A DNA stretch of 36,992 nt from Octopus bimaculoides (GCF_001194135.2 NC_068987.1:58969329-59006320), one strand, 5' to 3'. Shown: positions 24,504 through 36,475, counted from the stretch's first letter. The notes: a model not told the origin generated them from the sequence alone. Numbers and translations are program-made.

Positions 24504-25406
24504 TGTGTGTGCGTGTGTATAGACTTGAGTGATGTTTCTGTCCTTTACGTTTTTATGTTCGTTAACTCGTCCTAGACCTTTGGTACAAGGACAACGAAAC
24601 TCAAACCAGCAACTCCCCTAATCCCAGGGAATGTTCTAAGAGGGTCTTTGTTTTAAGGGCCATCTAATTGGGGCCGCACAGACCCTCCTCTTTTTACTGT
24701 ATTTTTAACTAAATACATGGCATTAGCGACCAAATCGGAGTAATAACAATGAATTTCATACCATGAACTCCCAGAGAGTATCGTAAGGCGGTTCAATTTC
24801 TGAAGGGCCGCTTAAATGAGGCCCCACTGACTCCCTATTTTTACTGCATTTACCTCGCTCCTACGCTTATTGATTAAACTATGATCAGCATCAGTGCTAA
24901 GCACATTTACAGAAGTAAGTTTGGGCATTCTAAATACCTTCACGTACATTCAAATTGAGATAAAGAGTTATAACAGGTCCGTTTCATGTGTGGATGTATA
25001 TATTTTGTAGTTTATGAAACTTGCGTCTAACACACCCAGAGTGGGAGACAGTCGTTGTACTCTAGTATCTATACAATACGAAGATACATGGCATCGGAGG
25101 TGATTTAAGCAGAAAAGTACCGGTCTAAAAACTCCACACCACCCATTGTCACTCTTCTTCTATGCCCAGATTGCAAATCATACTGACTTAAATAAATATC
25201 GGTTTCATTGGATTCAATCGACTGACCTAACATTACGACAATTCAATGTGCACTAGTTAAAACTTGTATGTGCGTGAGCGCGCGCATGAGTGTATACACA
25301 CACACACACACACATGTACACAATACACGAGCAGAGTAGATTCGAATCCAAGCGGTTTTAAATTTAATATCTTGAGTGTAACCGATATTATAATGCAAAC
25401 ATGCTC

Positions 25407-25437
25407 ACGAACGAACGAACGAACGAACGAACGAACG

Positions 25438-25495
<58 letters not shown>
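25407..25495. repeat. (ACGA)n followed by (CA)n
   Basis: Direct inspection. Confidence 0.95.
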
Positions 25496-25496
<1 letters not shown>

Positions 25497-25679
25497 CTTG
25501 GCTGTCTCTCGCTAGTGAGGCAAGTTTGATAGCTTTTAACTAGCGTTCGCAAGTTATTTTAGACCCCTCGGAAGTATCCTTAATTCAGCGGAACATCGTG
25601 TACGTGATAGATGGGTGAAGGGGGCTGCACCAGTACTCTACTGTAACACATTTGAAGCTAAGTAAGTTAGAGCAATGAG

Positions 25680-25780
25680 AAACGATGCTTTGCTCTAAGA
25701 CAAAACTTGATCCAGGAATCGAACCCATGATATATTCGTGAGCTCTACCCTGTAACCAGTAAACCACATGACTTCACTTT
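25680..25780 (-). mobile_element. Degenerate tRNA-SINE head (S2-like)
   Basis: The reverse complement has GTGGTTTACTGGTTA...GGGTTCGATTCCTGG. Confidence 0.5.
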
Positions 25781-25796
25781 CACAAACACATACATA

Positions 25797-26357
25797 CGTA
25801 GTCTGATCAATAAATATCCGAAGTGTTGCCATAGTGACAAAACTAAAGTACGCAGAGTGAAGCCGCTTGGCACAGATTGACCTTGAACTCTGCTGTGCAT
25901 GCGCACCAAGTTTTAACGTTCTAGCTCACTTCCGCTATTTATACCAGTGTTTGAAAGGAAGGTGTGTAGCGTGTGATCGTCGCATTGACCATGACAGAAA
26001 GAGTTGAACAGAGAATTTGCATCAATTTTTTTCCAAAAGCTTGGCTATACCTGCTCAGAGAGCTACGCAAAGTTTTCAAAAGAATTTCATCGTTCTCGAC
26101 ACATACACTTTCTGCAATTTTACCTGAGTCTGAGCAGGTATCGCCATGACAACTTTCACTGTCATGGTCATTGCGACGATCACACGCTACACACCGTCCT
26201 TTCAAGCTCTGCTGTAAACAGCGGAAGTGAGCTAGAACGTTGAAACTTAATGCGCATACACAACAGAGTTCAAGATCATTCAGTGCCAAGCGGTTTCACT
26301 GCGTGCTTAGGCTTCGTTACTATGGCAACAGTCTGGATACTTATTGATCAAACCTAG
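25797..26357. mobile_element. Non-autonomous mariner-derived fold-back element (two 5' ends), TA target-site duplication
   Basis: TA|CGTAGTCTGATCAATAAATATCC ... GGATACTTATTGATCAAACCTAG|TA. Imperfect inverted arms of more than 200 bp. The left arm carries ATG 25991 encoding MTERVEQRICINFF/QKLGYTCSESYAK (mariner transposase N-terminus, one frameshift). The right arm is an inverted, internally deleted copy of the same 5' region. Confidence 0.88.
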
Positions 26358-26371
26358 TACATGTTATTAGA

Positions 26372-26950
26372 TTAATACGTCTGTCGTTGTCGACAATGAC
26401 CAAGGACATCATCTGGGCAAAGAAGACCGGACACGGTGTGAGTGGCTGTGGTCAATCAGTTCAACACCTCCTTGGAAGACTGCTGCAGGTTGGGCACTGG
26501 TGGGACTCAACGCAAAGTGTTGGCTCTGGACTTGCACAGTTCGCGTTTTCTTGGTGCCCCTGCAATCCTGTTCAGTCTGTAGAAGGTGGCACCTCTGTTG
26601 ATGCATCTGTGCCAAGCAGGACTGTCTTGCGCTTGCGTTTCCCAGATGTTGGGGGCTGATCTTAAAGCTCTTCACTGAGATTTTGAATGTGTTCTCGAAA
26701 CACTTTTTCTGTCCACCTTGCGTAAAACAGTCGCTTGGGAGTTGCATGTTGGCATTCGAACAAGGTGGCTTGTCCACCTGACTTGGGCTATCCTTAGCTG
26801 TGTGTAAATGCTTGGCAGAGCAGCTCAAGAGAAAACTCTTGTATCTAGGATCGTGTCTTGCCAGGTGACTCAACAGCTTTCTCGTGTAGTTCATGTGGAA
26901 GCGGTTTAAGTTTTTGGCGGGGCGTTCTTAGATCTGTGCATCAACGGTCT
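26372..26950 (-). mobile_element. RTE/BovB-type LINE, 5'-truncated 3' fragment with frameshifts
   Basis: Across frames: AKNLNRFHMNYTRKLL / VTWQDTILDTRVFS*AALPSIYTQLRIAQVRWTSHLVRMP / QGGQKKCFENTFKISVKSFKI / WETQAQDSPAWHRCINRGATFY / HQCPTC / LIDHSHSH, followed by a short RTE-like 3' UTR. Confidence 0.88.
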
Positions 26951-27059
26951 CTCAATCTCTCCTGTTCCACACAAAAAATGCTACAGTACCAAGGCATTGA
27001 TGGAAATATAACATTGATGTGAACTCGAAAATATTACACAGGAGTTAGAAAAATATGGC

Positions 27060-27480
27060 AGTCATAACTTTCCTCTTACAAGACAATATCCACAATGCAC
27101 TTGAAGTACTAGTCCTGGTTTCAACATTTCAAATATTTGATTGGTCTGTAGAAGAAATGCACTTCATTGGCATTAAAATCAGCAAGATTTTGACATCAAC
27201 TGGAACTTTCCATAGAAACAGTGACTATGCATAGGTGCAACCGTTCTTACATTTGTGATCGCTACATCACACTTTACTTTGCGCTTGCAATCCAAGAACA
27301 GGAGATTGCTACAAAATACCAAATACACGTAAGAGACAACGAATCCCTTGGAACTTCAAGTTCAGCGAAAATGTCGAATATATCACATTTCTGTAGATGA
27401 CATCACACGTATGATGAGTAATTACCCCAAAATATCGTCAAGGTACTACCTCCCAAAGCAATACGATGTTGTCGCTAAAA
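27060..27480 (+). mobile_element. Heavily degraded CR1-type LINE 3' remnant
   Basis: Scattered matches in the expected order (HLKY*SWFQH resembling HLEYAS.VW.PH; NYP/LPQNIV resembling WN.LP..IV), with many stops and frameshifts. Confidence 0.35.
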
Positions 27481-28604
27481 CAAAATACAATGTCATCCGA
27501 AAAAAAAACAAAAACTGTAGTGGGATGAATATACAGAACCTCTGTTGTTTAATGTATACATAAACATCAATACAAGAAATCAACCAGTTAATATGCACAT
27601 TACGCTATCTACATTCCAACGATGGAATTCCTTCCTTACAGGAAGACTTCAAATAATTAAAAATGAAAGAGGACATACGCATACAAGTGTGTCCACATTC
27701 ATAAAAAACTAGTATATTTGTGAACATATATATATTTTATATATTTGTAAACATACACACATCAATATAGGCATACGTATATGTATACATACATACATAC
27801 ACACATGTATCTGTATGTATGTGATTCAAATATAATATAGGCACAAAGATAGCACATAAGCGAAAACCTTTAAATTACCTCTTTATTTCAATTAACTTAA
27901 ACAAAGTTGTGAAGCTTTTATAAGTATTTATAAGTTTTTTAAAAGCATTTTACCCCATTTAAAAATTGCAATTTTACGAATTTCTCTGGCCTTGCTGCAT
28001 CTCGGGGTACATCTGTATGCCACAATGCTCATTTTTTAAAGGGCTCTATAGCTTTAACGTACATAATATGCTGATTTGTATTCGAAACAATCGTCTACAT
28101 CAGTAAGTCTTACATATAATTACTATATCGATTAATACTGTTTCAACATAAAATTTAAAAGCATTTTTATTGTACAGAAGGTGGCTGAATCGGTTCTCCG
28201 GTTACATACATGTATAATATGGAAATATAATTGCAAAGTCACCCTCAAGCGGTATTTGAACTCAGAACAGAGCTGAGTAAAATTACTTGTTCAGTGCTCT
28301 ACCATTTCTCTCAGCTAAGCAAAGTTATAAACTAGACCGCACACTATGCGGTTAGCCAGCCTGACAAACCTTATTCAACACCACACAAAGCAAATGTCTC
28401 AATTCTTTCTCTCCTTGCTCCACCCAATGTCTCTTTATATTTTGCACGCATATATCTCTGCACTATTGCATAAATTACGCACACACGTCCGTGTGGGAGC
28501 GGTTCAGTGATAACCGTTTAACCGTCTACATACACTCTCACTAAACGGGACACGTATACAGCTGCGCATGTGAATCTAACTGCACTATTGTTTCTATATC
28601 TAAT

Positions 28605-28795
28605 GCTCATATGTATCTGTATATATGTATACAAACATACATATATGTATATTAGTATACACGTATGTAGGCGTCATAACTTGCATACAAGTGCAAGATT
28701 GCATGCGAGTGCGTGCATGTTTATAGATTGAACTGAAGGAGCTCCCCATACACACACATACAGTAATTGATTTGGTTCCCATTTGGGTGGCATAC

Positions 28796-28828
<33 letters not shown>

Positions 28829-29105
28829 TACATACATACATATATATATATATACACATACATATCAATATTCCTACACACTCGCATATATGTATGTATG
28901 TGTGTGTGTGTGTATGTGAGTGTGTAGATGTTTGCATGTGCGTAACTCGCCTATGCACAACTGACAATATGCCACGCCCACAATTAAAAACTGTTATTCG
29001 CTTGTATGTATTAATTTAGAGGGACCTTGCTGTCGTCTGTCTCGAAGATATGTGTGCATTCGTAGTGTTAGGGTGTGTGTATGTATGCAAATTTATATAT
29101 ATTAC

Positions 29106-29138
<33 letters not shown>

Positions 29139-29240
29139 ACACAAGCACTCGTAAACTCTCTCTCTCGCGCATACACACACACATACACACACACACGGAC
29201 ATATCAATACAAAGACATATCAATACAAAGACATATCTGT
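28605..29240. repeat. Dispersed AT/AC/GT low-complexity region, including the 16-bp tandem GACATATCAATACAAA x2.5 (29198-29237)
   Basis: Direct inspection. Confidence 0.85.
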
Positions 29241-32094
29241 ATTTATAGATTTCTATGTATGTAAAAGTCCATGGTATATCTTTAAACAGTCGCATGAAGT
29301 CATGAAACTAAGACGAAAACATCTAATTGTGTGCTATAGCGATTATTTAAAAAATTCCTAAAATATAAAAAAAAAATTATCAAGTAATTCAATACGGAAT
29401 TATATTTAAATGAATATGCACGTGTGTGTATTATATATGCACACACACACACACACACATATACATCAGCGTGAGGTGTAAACCTATAGCTTATAAAAGT
29501 AGGCATAAGAAAAGCACAAGAAATCTTTAGGAAAATAGGAATGAAGACATGCAGACATGAATAAAGTTATTAAATAGAAAAAAAAACAGAGAAAAAAACC
29601 CCCAGAAAACGAAAGTAAAAAAGCTACAACAAATATATCCTACTTTATAAAAAAAAAACAAAAAAAAACGCAACTTGTTAGACTTCAGTGAAAAAGAAAA
29701 CTTTCAAAACTCCGCTTGCAAACTGTTTAATCGTTGTTCGTGTATCACGAAGCGAAAACTTTGGCAGTTTACGGAGGCGATAAGATGTTTCTTTCACTAC
29801 GGACCGAATTGCCTGCAGTTCGAACCTTTGTTACTGGCGCAGCATTCACTCATGAACGAATCTATCCATCTAGTTGTAAATGAGTACTGTATGTATGTGA
29901 ATGCAGATGTCTGTGTCTGTCTCTCACACACACTGGAGATTGGTTTTTTAGGGCTGAAAAAATACTTGTGTCTTAAAACGAACTGTAGTTTTTAATAAAA
30001 AATGTTTTACATATTTATAAAAACGGAATGCCAGTTTAAAAAAAAACAATACAATTCATATTAAGACTCAGGTACAGTTTCAGCCCTAAAACCAACTTTC
30101 CTATATTATGTGCATAAGGGAAACCCTAACCCCCATATAAAGTCTCTCACGTCTTTTCCCATACATTGTATGTAGACCTTTATTATGTAAACCTTCAATG
30201 CACCTTCTCGTTCCTAGTTTTGTTTAAAAATCTGAAAGCTAAGTGGGACATTTGGCTGCGTTTTCTAGCAGATAGAATGAGCACGTAGTCACCTGTATTA
30301 GTTTACTTTCCTTTATTACGTATTGAGGGTTTTGTTGATTCGGTTCTAGTAATCTAATGGGCTAGCAGTACATAGCTGATATCTGAGCAATTATATCAAA
30401 TATTTATTCACTGTTGAAAATCCACTGTATGAGCTGTCAACAGAATACGTCGGGATTCGTCTTTGACTTCACTGTGATCTTTGATGACCATAACATAGGA
30501 ATATGCATTCTAGAAGTTCGAATCTTATTACTGTAGTTGCCAATTTATACTCATAGCAAGGCAAAGCAAGTTAGCAGTTTGCATGTTATGGTGAACAATC
30601 TGGCATATCAACGTCGTTATATGTATGTATGTATGTATGTATATATATATGTCGTTTCCCACCTTTGATTGGACAAATCTTTAATCAATTGTTTTCCAAT
30701 ATTGATCCTATTGTCTATTTAGGAGTTTGTAGAATTACGTTGCTTAACGTGTGTCCTATACTTATTTAAGACACTGTTTGATTTGGAAAGGACAAGCTGC
30801 AATTTCTAGCAGTTTGAGCGGTCGCGAAGAGGTTCCTTATTGACAGATACAGGTGAAGCAGACAAGACAAATTATTCTAAAGGCGAATCAGCAGATCGGA
30901 CTCATCTTGAGTTGCCATATTTTAGTGGTGGAATGTAGTGGAGAAACTGATATTTGTATAATCTTCGATGATTTGTGGTGATTCATATTACTTAAAACAA
31001 TCATCTAAGCAACTGCAGATGATGTACAAAGATATATAGGATTTAGGGAACACTCCTTCAAAAGTCCGCCTCCTCAGAACCTCTCATAATGTCATCGATA
31101 CCCAGAGAACGTTACAACTCTCTCAAAGCATATGTGGAAAGCAAGAGATGGAGTGACCGCCAGCATTACACGGGTGGTATTGAATAAGATAAGCGCTTAA
31201 AAATGTATAAACAAATACTGTGACCTCTGCTTTCAGAGAAACGATACCTCATTTACCACTCTACCTCAGTTCTTAATACAAAGAATCGAACAAACTTTAA
31301 CAAGCCGATACATGCCAGAATTCTTTCTCGGCAGTTTCTGAGATCATCATCCTAATTCATTATAAATTACTGCTAAATTCCACAAATATGTGACCGCATT
31401 GAAACGGTGTGATTGCAGTTTACCCCGATACATATTTAATAGTAATTTCATATCATGTGATGTGCATTATTTATCGAAGAGTTGATTGAACTAAACAGTA
31501 GTCCAGATCGTATCAGGGTGTGTATGTAATTCGATCAATGCCTTGTATCATTTATATAAGGCTGGTAAACTTAATCTGTCGCCAGTTTTAACACCACCAC
31601 CTTATATCTGGTTGTAATTTGCAGAGTCTACTCGGTTGCAAGCGCGCTTCCTTTCACCTCGGAGGCCCGAAAACGTTGATGGGCGTTGCCCTTTCTCGTT
31701 AAGCGATACTATCTATCTATCTATGAATTCAAATCTCAATGTCAAATTTCAGCTGAGCTCCTGAAGGAATGTTGTATGCCAGTCTCTCACGTAATCCATT
31801 TTACTTTACTCCAATAGTAAATCTTGAGTCTTGTAGATACGAGGAAACCCCAGAGTTGATTCACTAAAATACCGACCTATTTTATTATTAGGTCAGTATT
31901 TAACATCTGACCGGTATAGCAAAGTAATTTAAGTACCAAAGAAATAGTAATAGTAGATCATAAAAAGAAACTGCAAAAATATGTTAAAAGATGAATTTAT
32001 TTCTAGAAGACAATGCTGATTTCAACCGAACTATAGCATAGTAGAATTCAATATTCTCTTTCATCCATGGAACAATTCCTTTGAAGGTCAAGTG

Positions 32095-32360
32095 GTATGA
32101 AACAGTCATGGACATAATAAGAGCGTTTCAACAGTTTCTACAAGGGATTCTACACCCAGTTTTAATCCAAAGGAATACGCGATAATTTTTTAAAGTGACC
32201 TGAAGGCTAGCTTAATGGGTAATTCATCAAGGTTCTGTCACATTAGTCCACAAAAGCTCAGCCCTTGAATCACACATTCTAAGTCTTTATTGATGATTTT
32301 GGTCGACTCTTGCAAAAACGAGTTGTACCTCTATGCTGACATCTCCATGCAGTATACACT
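32095..32360 (+). mobile_element. Degraded CR1/L2-type LINE reverse-transcriptase core
   Basis: MDIIRAFQQ...GIL (D.x.AFD motif), a decayed PQGSALGP-like stretch, FIDD, then DSCKNELYLYADIS (YADD motif). Confidence 0.6.
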
Positions 32361-32612
32361 AGTAAAACCGATAGGAGAAAATGATGCAGCTTAGATTGAA
32401 TAGGGGTTTTATCTGGAGGAAAGACTACGAAAAAGGTTGGAAGATATTTAGGCCAGCAAAGCGTAAAGCAACAGGTTTATTAAGGACAAAAAGCCCATTA
32501 AACTTTACATTCAAGTTAGGGAATTGCAGGTTGCTTTAAGAAAAGAAGTAGACAATTATAAACAGTAAGCTCGTGTGGGTAGGACTCATTTCCACAGTTG
32601 GTCTGGGGCTAG

Positions 32613-33472
32613 ATAATAATAATCATCCTCTCTTCTATAGGCACAAGACCTGAAATTTTGTAGGAGGGGACGAGTCGATTACATCGACCCCAGTGTTTCA
32701 CTGATACTTAATTTATTGACTCCCAAAGGATGAAAGGCAAAGTCGACCTCGGCGGAATTTGAACTCAGAACGTAGCGGCAGATGAAATACCGCCCGGCGT
32801 GCTATCGATTCTGCCACCTCGCCGCCTTAATAATAATAATCCTTTCTACAAGGCCTAAAATTTGTGGGGAGGGGGCCAGTCAATTACATCGACCTCAGTA
32901 CGCAACTGGTACTTAATTTACTGATCCCCAAAAGGATGATAGGCCAAGTCGACCTTGGCGGAATTTGGACTCAGTACATAAAGACTGACAAAATACCTGC
33001 AAGCATTTCGCCCGGCGTGCTAACGAGTCTTCCAGCTCGCTGCCTTAATAATCCTTTCTACTGGAAGCACAAAGCCTCAAATTTGTGGGGAGGAGACTAG
33101 TCGATTACATCGATGCCAGTATTCAACTGGTACTTAATTTATCGACCCCGAAAGGAGAAAAGGCAAAGTCGACCTCGGTGGAATTTGAACTCAGAACGTA
33201 TCGGCAGACGAAATACCGCTAAGCATTTCGCCCAGCGTGCTAGCGACTCTAATGGCTCACTGCCTTAATAATAATCCTTTCTACCAAAGACACAAGGCCT
33301 AAAATTTAGAAGGAGAATACGAGTCGATTTCATCGACCCTATTGTTTCACTGGTACTAAATTAATCGATTCTGAAAGGATGAAAGGCAAAGCCGACCTCG
33401 GCGGAATTTGAACTCAGAGCATGAAGACTTACGAAAGACCGCTAAGCTAACTTTTTCGCCAGCTCGCCGCCT
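32613..33472 (-). mobile_element. Four head-to-tail copies of SINE family S3 (about 220 bp, (ATT)n tail)
   Basis: Units at about 32613-32827, 32828-33045, 33046-33265 and 33266-33472. Each has AGGCGGCGAGCTGGCAGAA (A box), GAGTTCAAATTCC (B box), a central GTCGACTTTGCCTTTCATCCTTTCGGGGTCGATAAA domain and an ATT tail. Confidence 0.92.
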
Positions 33473-33784
33473 AAAAGCGACCGAGATAATGCAAAATAGC
33501 AATGTGCAAACGTCTATATCTATTTCTTTGCATTTACACCTTAATGAAAGAGACGAGTACTAACATACGTTCATACACACTCACTTGTTCCACTCTAGTT
33601 GTAAGTAAATCAGCGGATACGAGTTGAATGTCGGCTATCTCTTTTCAACAATCGAACCACGCAGCTCATGCAGGTGGAGGGGTAGATTCGTTTAAATTTG
33701 AATAAACTTTGTTGAAATTATATTCTTCCATCTCTCTCTCTCTCTCTCTCAGCGCGCAGGTATATAGATACGTGTACATATATA

Positions 33785-33940
33785 TTTTACTTGCTTAAGT
33801 TATTAGACTGCGGCACCACCTTGAAAAATTCTTAGTCAAATGATTCGACCTGGTACTAATTCTATCAGTTCCTTTTGCTGAACCGTCGTTACGGAGACGT
33901 AAATACACCAACATCGGCTGTCAAGCGGTGGTGACACACA
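33785..33940 (-). mobile_element. SINE family S4, 3' half
   Basis: The reverse complement matches the segment preceding the S4 tail (ACTGCGGC/CACCACCTTG/GACCTGGTACT on the plus strand). Confidence 0.6.
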
Positions 33941-34150
33941 GAAAAAAAGGAGGCCAGAATAACCCTGATTTAGAAATTAGTTTTGCAATCATTAGGTGCC
34001 GGGATCGATCCCTCTGCGTGACATTTTGCTCAAATGGTTTTCACCATAACCCCGTCAAGACGCAAGCCTAGAATGAAACTCGAGGATTTGGCTTGAAAAT
34101 TTCTTTAAGGGTCCATGTGTTTGTGGAATAATTTGCTACTNNNNNNNNNN

Positions 34151-34390
34151 GCTGCTTGGTTAAGAAACTTGCTACCCAACCATGCGGTCCTGGGTTTAGT
34201 CCCACTGCGTGGCACCTTGGTCAAGTGCCTTCAACTATATCCTCGGGTCGGCCAAACCCTTAGGAGTGTGTTTGATATATATTTGTTCCCCCTAACTGCT
34301 TAAAAATAAATACTGGGGTCTACTCAACACGTCAAGACAGTGCCCCAGCATGGTTGCAATCAAATAACTGAACAAATAAAAGATAAAAAG
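34151..34390 (+). mobile_element. SINE family S4 copy
   Basis: Same head, CORE and TAAAAGA tail as the 24193 copy. Confidence 0.8.
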
Positions 34391-34891
34391 AGACACCCCC
34401 CCCAAAAAAAAACGGAACCGATATGTTCATACTATTTCGCTCATTGCAAGTATGACAGTAATAATTTAATGGGAGGAGGTGGAGAAGCATGGAATTCGGA
34501 CGAAATATAAACAAAAAAGAATGTCTTTGGACAAAAAATTCTTCCACAGAAGGAAAAATAACCAGCCAGTTCCTTGCTTTGTTTTTTTTAAATCTTTTCC
34601 ATGAAACTCTAATTGCTATTCCGAAAGTCCACCGACTAGGGTTTTTTGGTGACGGGTGTAATAGAAATATACCATAACCAAATGCCTCAATGCAGAAAAA
34701 TCTGAGTTACGATCCCGGTACTTTCATACAAATATGCACCACCAGCACACACGCACGCATACACAAAATTTACTAGGCTAAAGAAAGAAAACAGCAAAGT
34801 TTTAATTAATTATAAACTGAAACAGAGTAATATTAAAGCTAAACAGAAAAATAGAGGCTCATATAAATTATGCATGTTTCTTCTCACTTAC

Positions 34892-35104
34892 CTTTGGACG
34901 CAAAAATTTAATCTTGCTTTTGTTGGGAACAGATCCCTTTGAATATAAAGATGTTAAGGAAGGTGGGAACGAGCTGTCCACAAATAATTTTTCTTTTGCT
35001 AGACATTCATCCTTAATTGTTTCATAAGTGATTCCTCGTTGCATAACATCTTGTCCCGGTTCGAAAACCCCCTGACCGGCTTTTTTAGAACCACAACACG
35101 CCAT
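34892..35104 (-). CDS. Calpain (Ca2+-dependent cysteine protease family), first coding exon, 71 codons, phase-0 donor
   Basis: ATG at 35104 in an A-rich context (CAAAAAATGG). Translation: MACCGSKKAGQGVFEPGQDVMQRGITYETIKDECLAKEKLFVDSSFPPSLTSLYSKGSVPNKSKIKFLRPK, then GTAAGT. The YxxIKxECLxxxxLFxDxxFPP...RP pattern matches the start of the calpain catalytic region, and an intron directly after the (W/F)xRPx motif matches classical calpain gene structure as I recall it. Orthologue not assignable. Confidence 0.87.
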
Positions 35105-35270
35105 TTTTTGTTTGTTTCTCCTTTTTTTTTTGTTTTTTGTTTTATCAGTGTAGAAAGCTTGCCGAGCGGGAGGAAAGTAAACTTCGCAAGTGTTAGCAGT
35201 AAAGTGACAGACAAATGAAAAGTGGCATACGTTACGAAGCCTCGATTTGAAATTTCCTTTCCGCCCCACC
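35105..35270 (-). promoter_or_regulatory. Putative 5' UTR and proximal promoter of the calpain, with a GC box
   Basis: GGGGCGGA (Sp1-like) at 35267-35260, Inr-like TCATTT/TCACTT about 40-60 nt downstream, then an A-rich leader into the ATG. Motif evidence only. Confidence 0.4.
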
Positions 35271-35359
35271 TCTTTTATCAACAGGTGTCACTCACAGAGA
35301 CACTTTTAGTTTACGGTTTAATTGTTTTCATGCACATCTATCTATGTACCTGTGTAAGT

Positions 35360-35959
35360 GTGCGCACACACACACACACACNNNNNNNNNNNNNNNNNNN
35401 NNNNNNNNNNNNNNNNNNNNNNNNNNNNNNNNNNNNNNNNNNNNNNNNNNNNNNNNNNNNNNNNNNNNNNNNNNNNNNNNNNNNNNNNNNNNNNNNNNNN
35501 NNNNNNNNNNNNNNNNNNNNNNNNNNNNNNNNNNNNNNNNNNNNNNNNNNNNNNNNNNNNNNNNNNNNNNNNNNNNNNNNNNNNNNNNNNNNNNNNNNNN
35601 NNNNNNNNNNNNNNNNNNNNNNNNNNNNNNNNNNNNNNNNNNNNNNNNNNNNNNNNNNNNNNNNNNNNNNNNNNNNNNNNNNNNNNNNNNNNNNNNNNNN
35701 NNNNNNNNNNNNNNNNNNNNNNNNNNNNNNNNNNNNNNNNNNNNNNNNNNNNNNNNNNNNNNNNNNNNNNNNNNNNNNNNNNNNNNNNNNNNNNNNNNNN
35801 NNNNNNNNNNNNNNNNNNNNNNNNNNNNNNNNNNNNNNNNNNNNNNNNNNNNNNNNNNNNNNNNNNNNNNNNNNNNNNNNNNNNNNNNNNNNNNNNNNNN
35901 NNNNNNNNNNNNNNNNNNNNNNNNNNNNNNNNNNNNNNNNNNNATATATATATATATAT

Positions 35960-36015
<56 letters not shown>

Positions 36016-36374
36016 GCATATATATATATATATATATATATTTGCATATATATATGTGTACGTATGTATATATATATTTGCATATATCTATGTGTACATA
36101 TGTATAGATACACACACACATATATACATACAAATACACCTACAAACATATAGGGTGGGTCCAGGATTAAGTTTGCCTTATGCAATTTATAATTAAAAGA
36201 AAACATAAAAGTCGAGAAAGAATATTTATTTGCAGGCATACTACATAAGAAGAAGAAGAAGAAAACTGAATTGTGGAATTTGTCTGTGAGTTTGGCGGTG
36301 CTCCTTTCGTCCTAGCTGGTCCACGGCAGTGACGCGTGAATGCATGCACGTACGCGAGTGTGAATATATATATA

Positions 36375-36430
<56 letters not shown>

Positions 36431-36432
36431 TA
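35360..36432. repeat. CA/AT microsatellite tracts flanking the gap 35382-35943, plus a second tract at 36363-36432
   Basis: Direct inspection. Confidence 0.9.
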
Positions 36433-36475
36433 CTGTTTGAGTTTAGAAATAGTGACGGGTGAAAATTTTGTTAAT

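Noticed and set aside
26409-26894. 161-aa ORF as a host gene
   Set aside because: A frameshifted mosaic of the RTE ORF.
32613-33472. CRISPR-like array
   Set aside because: Units are about 220-bp SINEs with no unique spacers, in a eukaryotic context.
35105-35281. 66-codon N-terminal extension of the calpain ORF in the ORF track
   Set aside because: Starts at TTG, not ATG, and runs through an A-rich leader; the ATG at 35104 has good context. A near-cognate extension cannot be strictly excluded.
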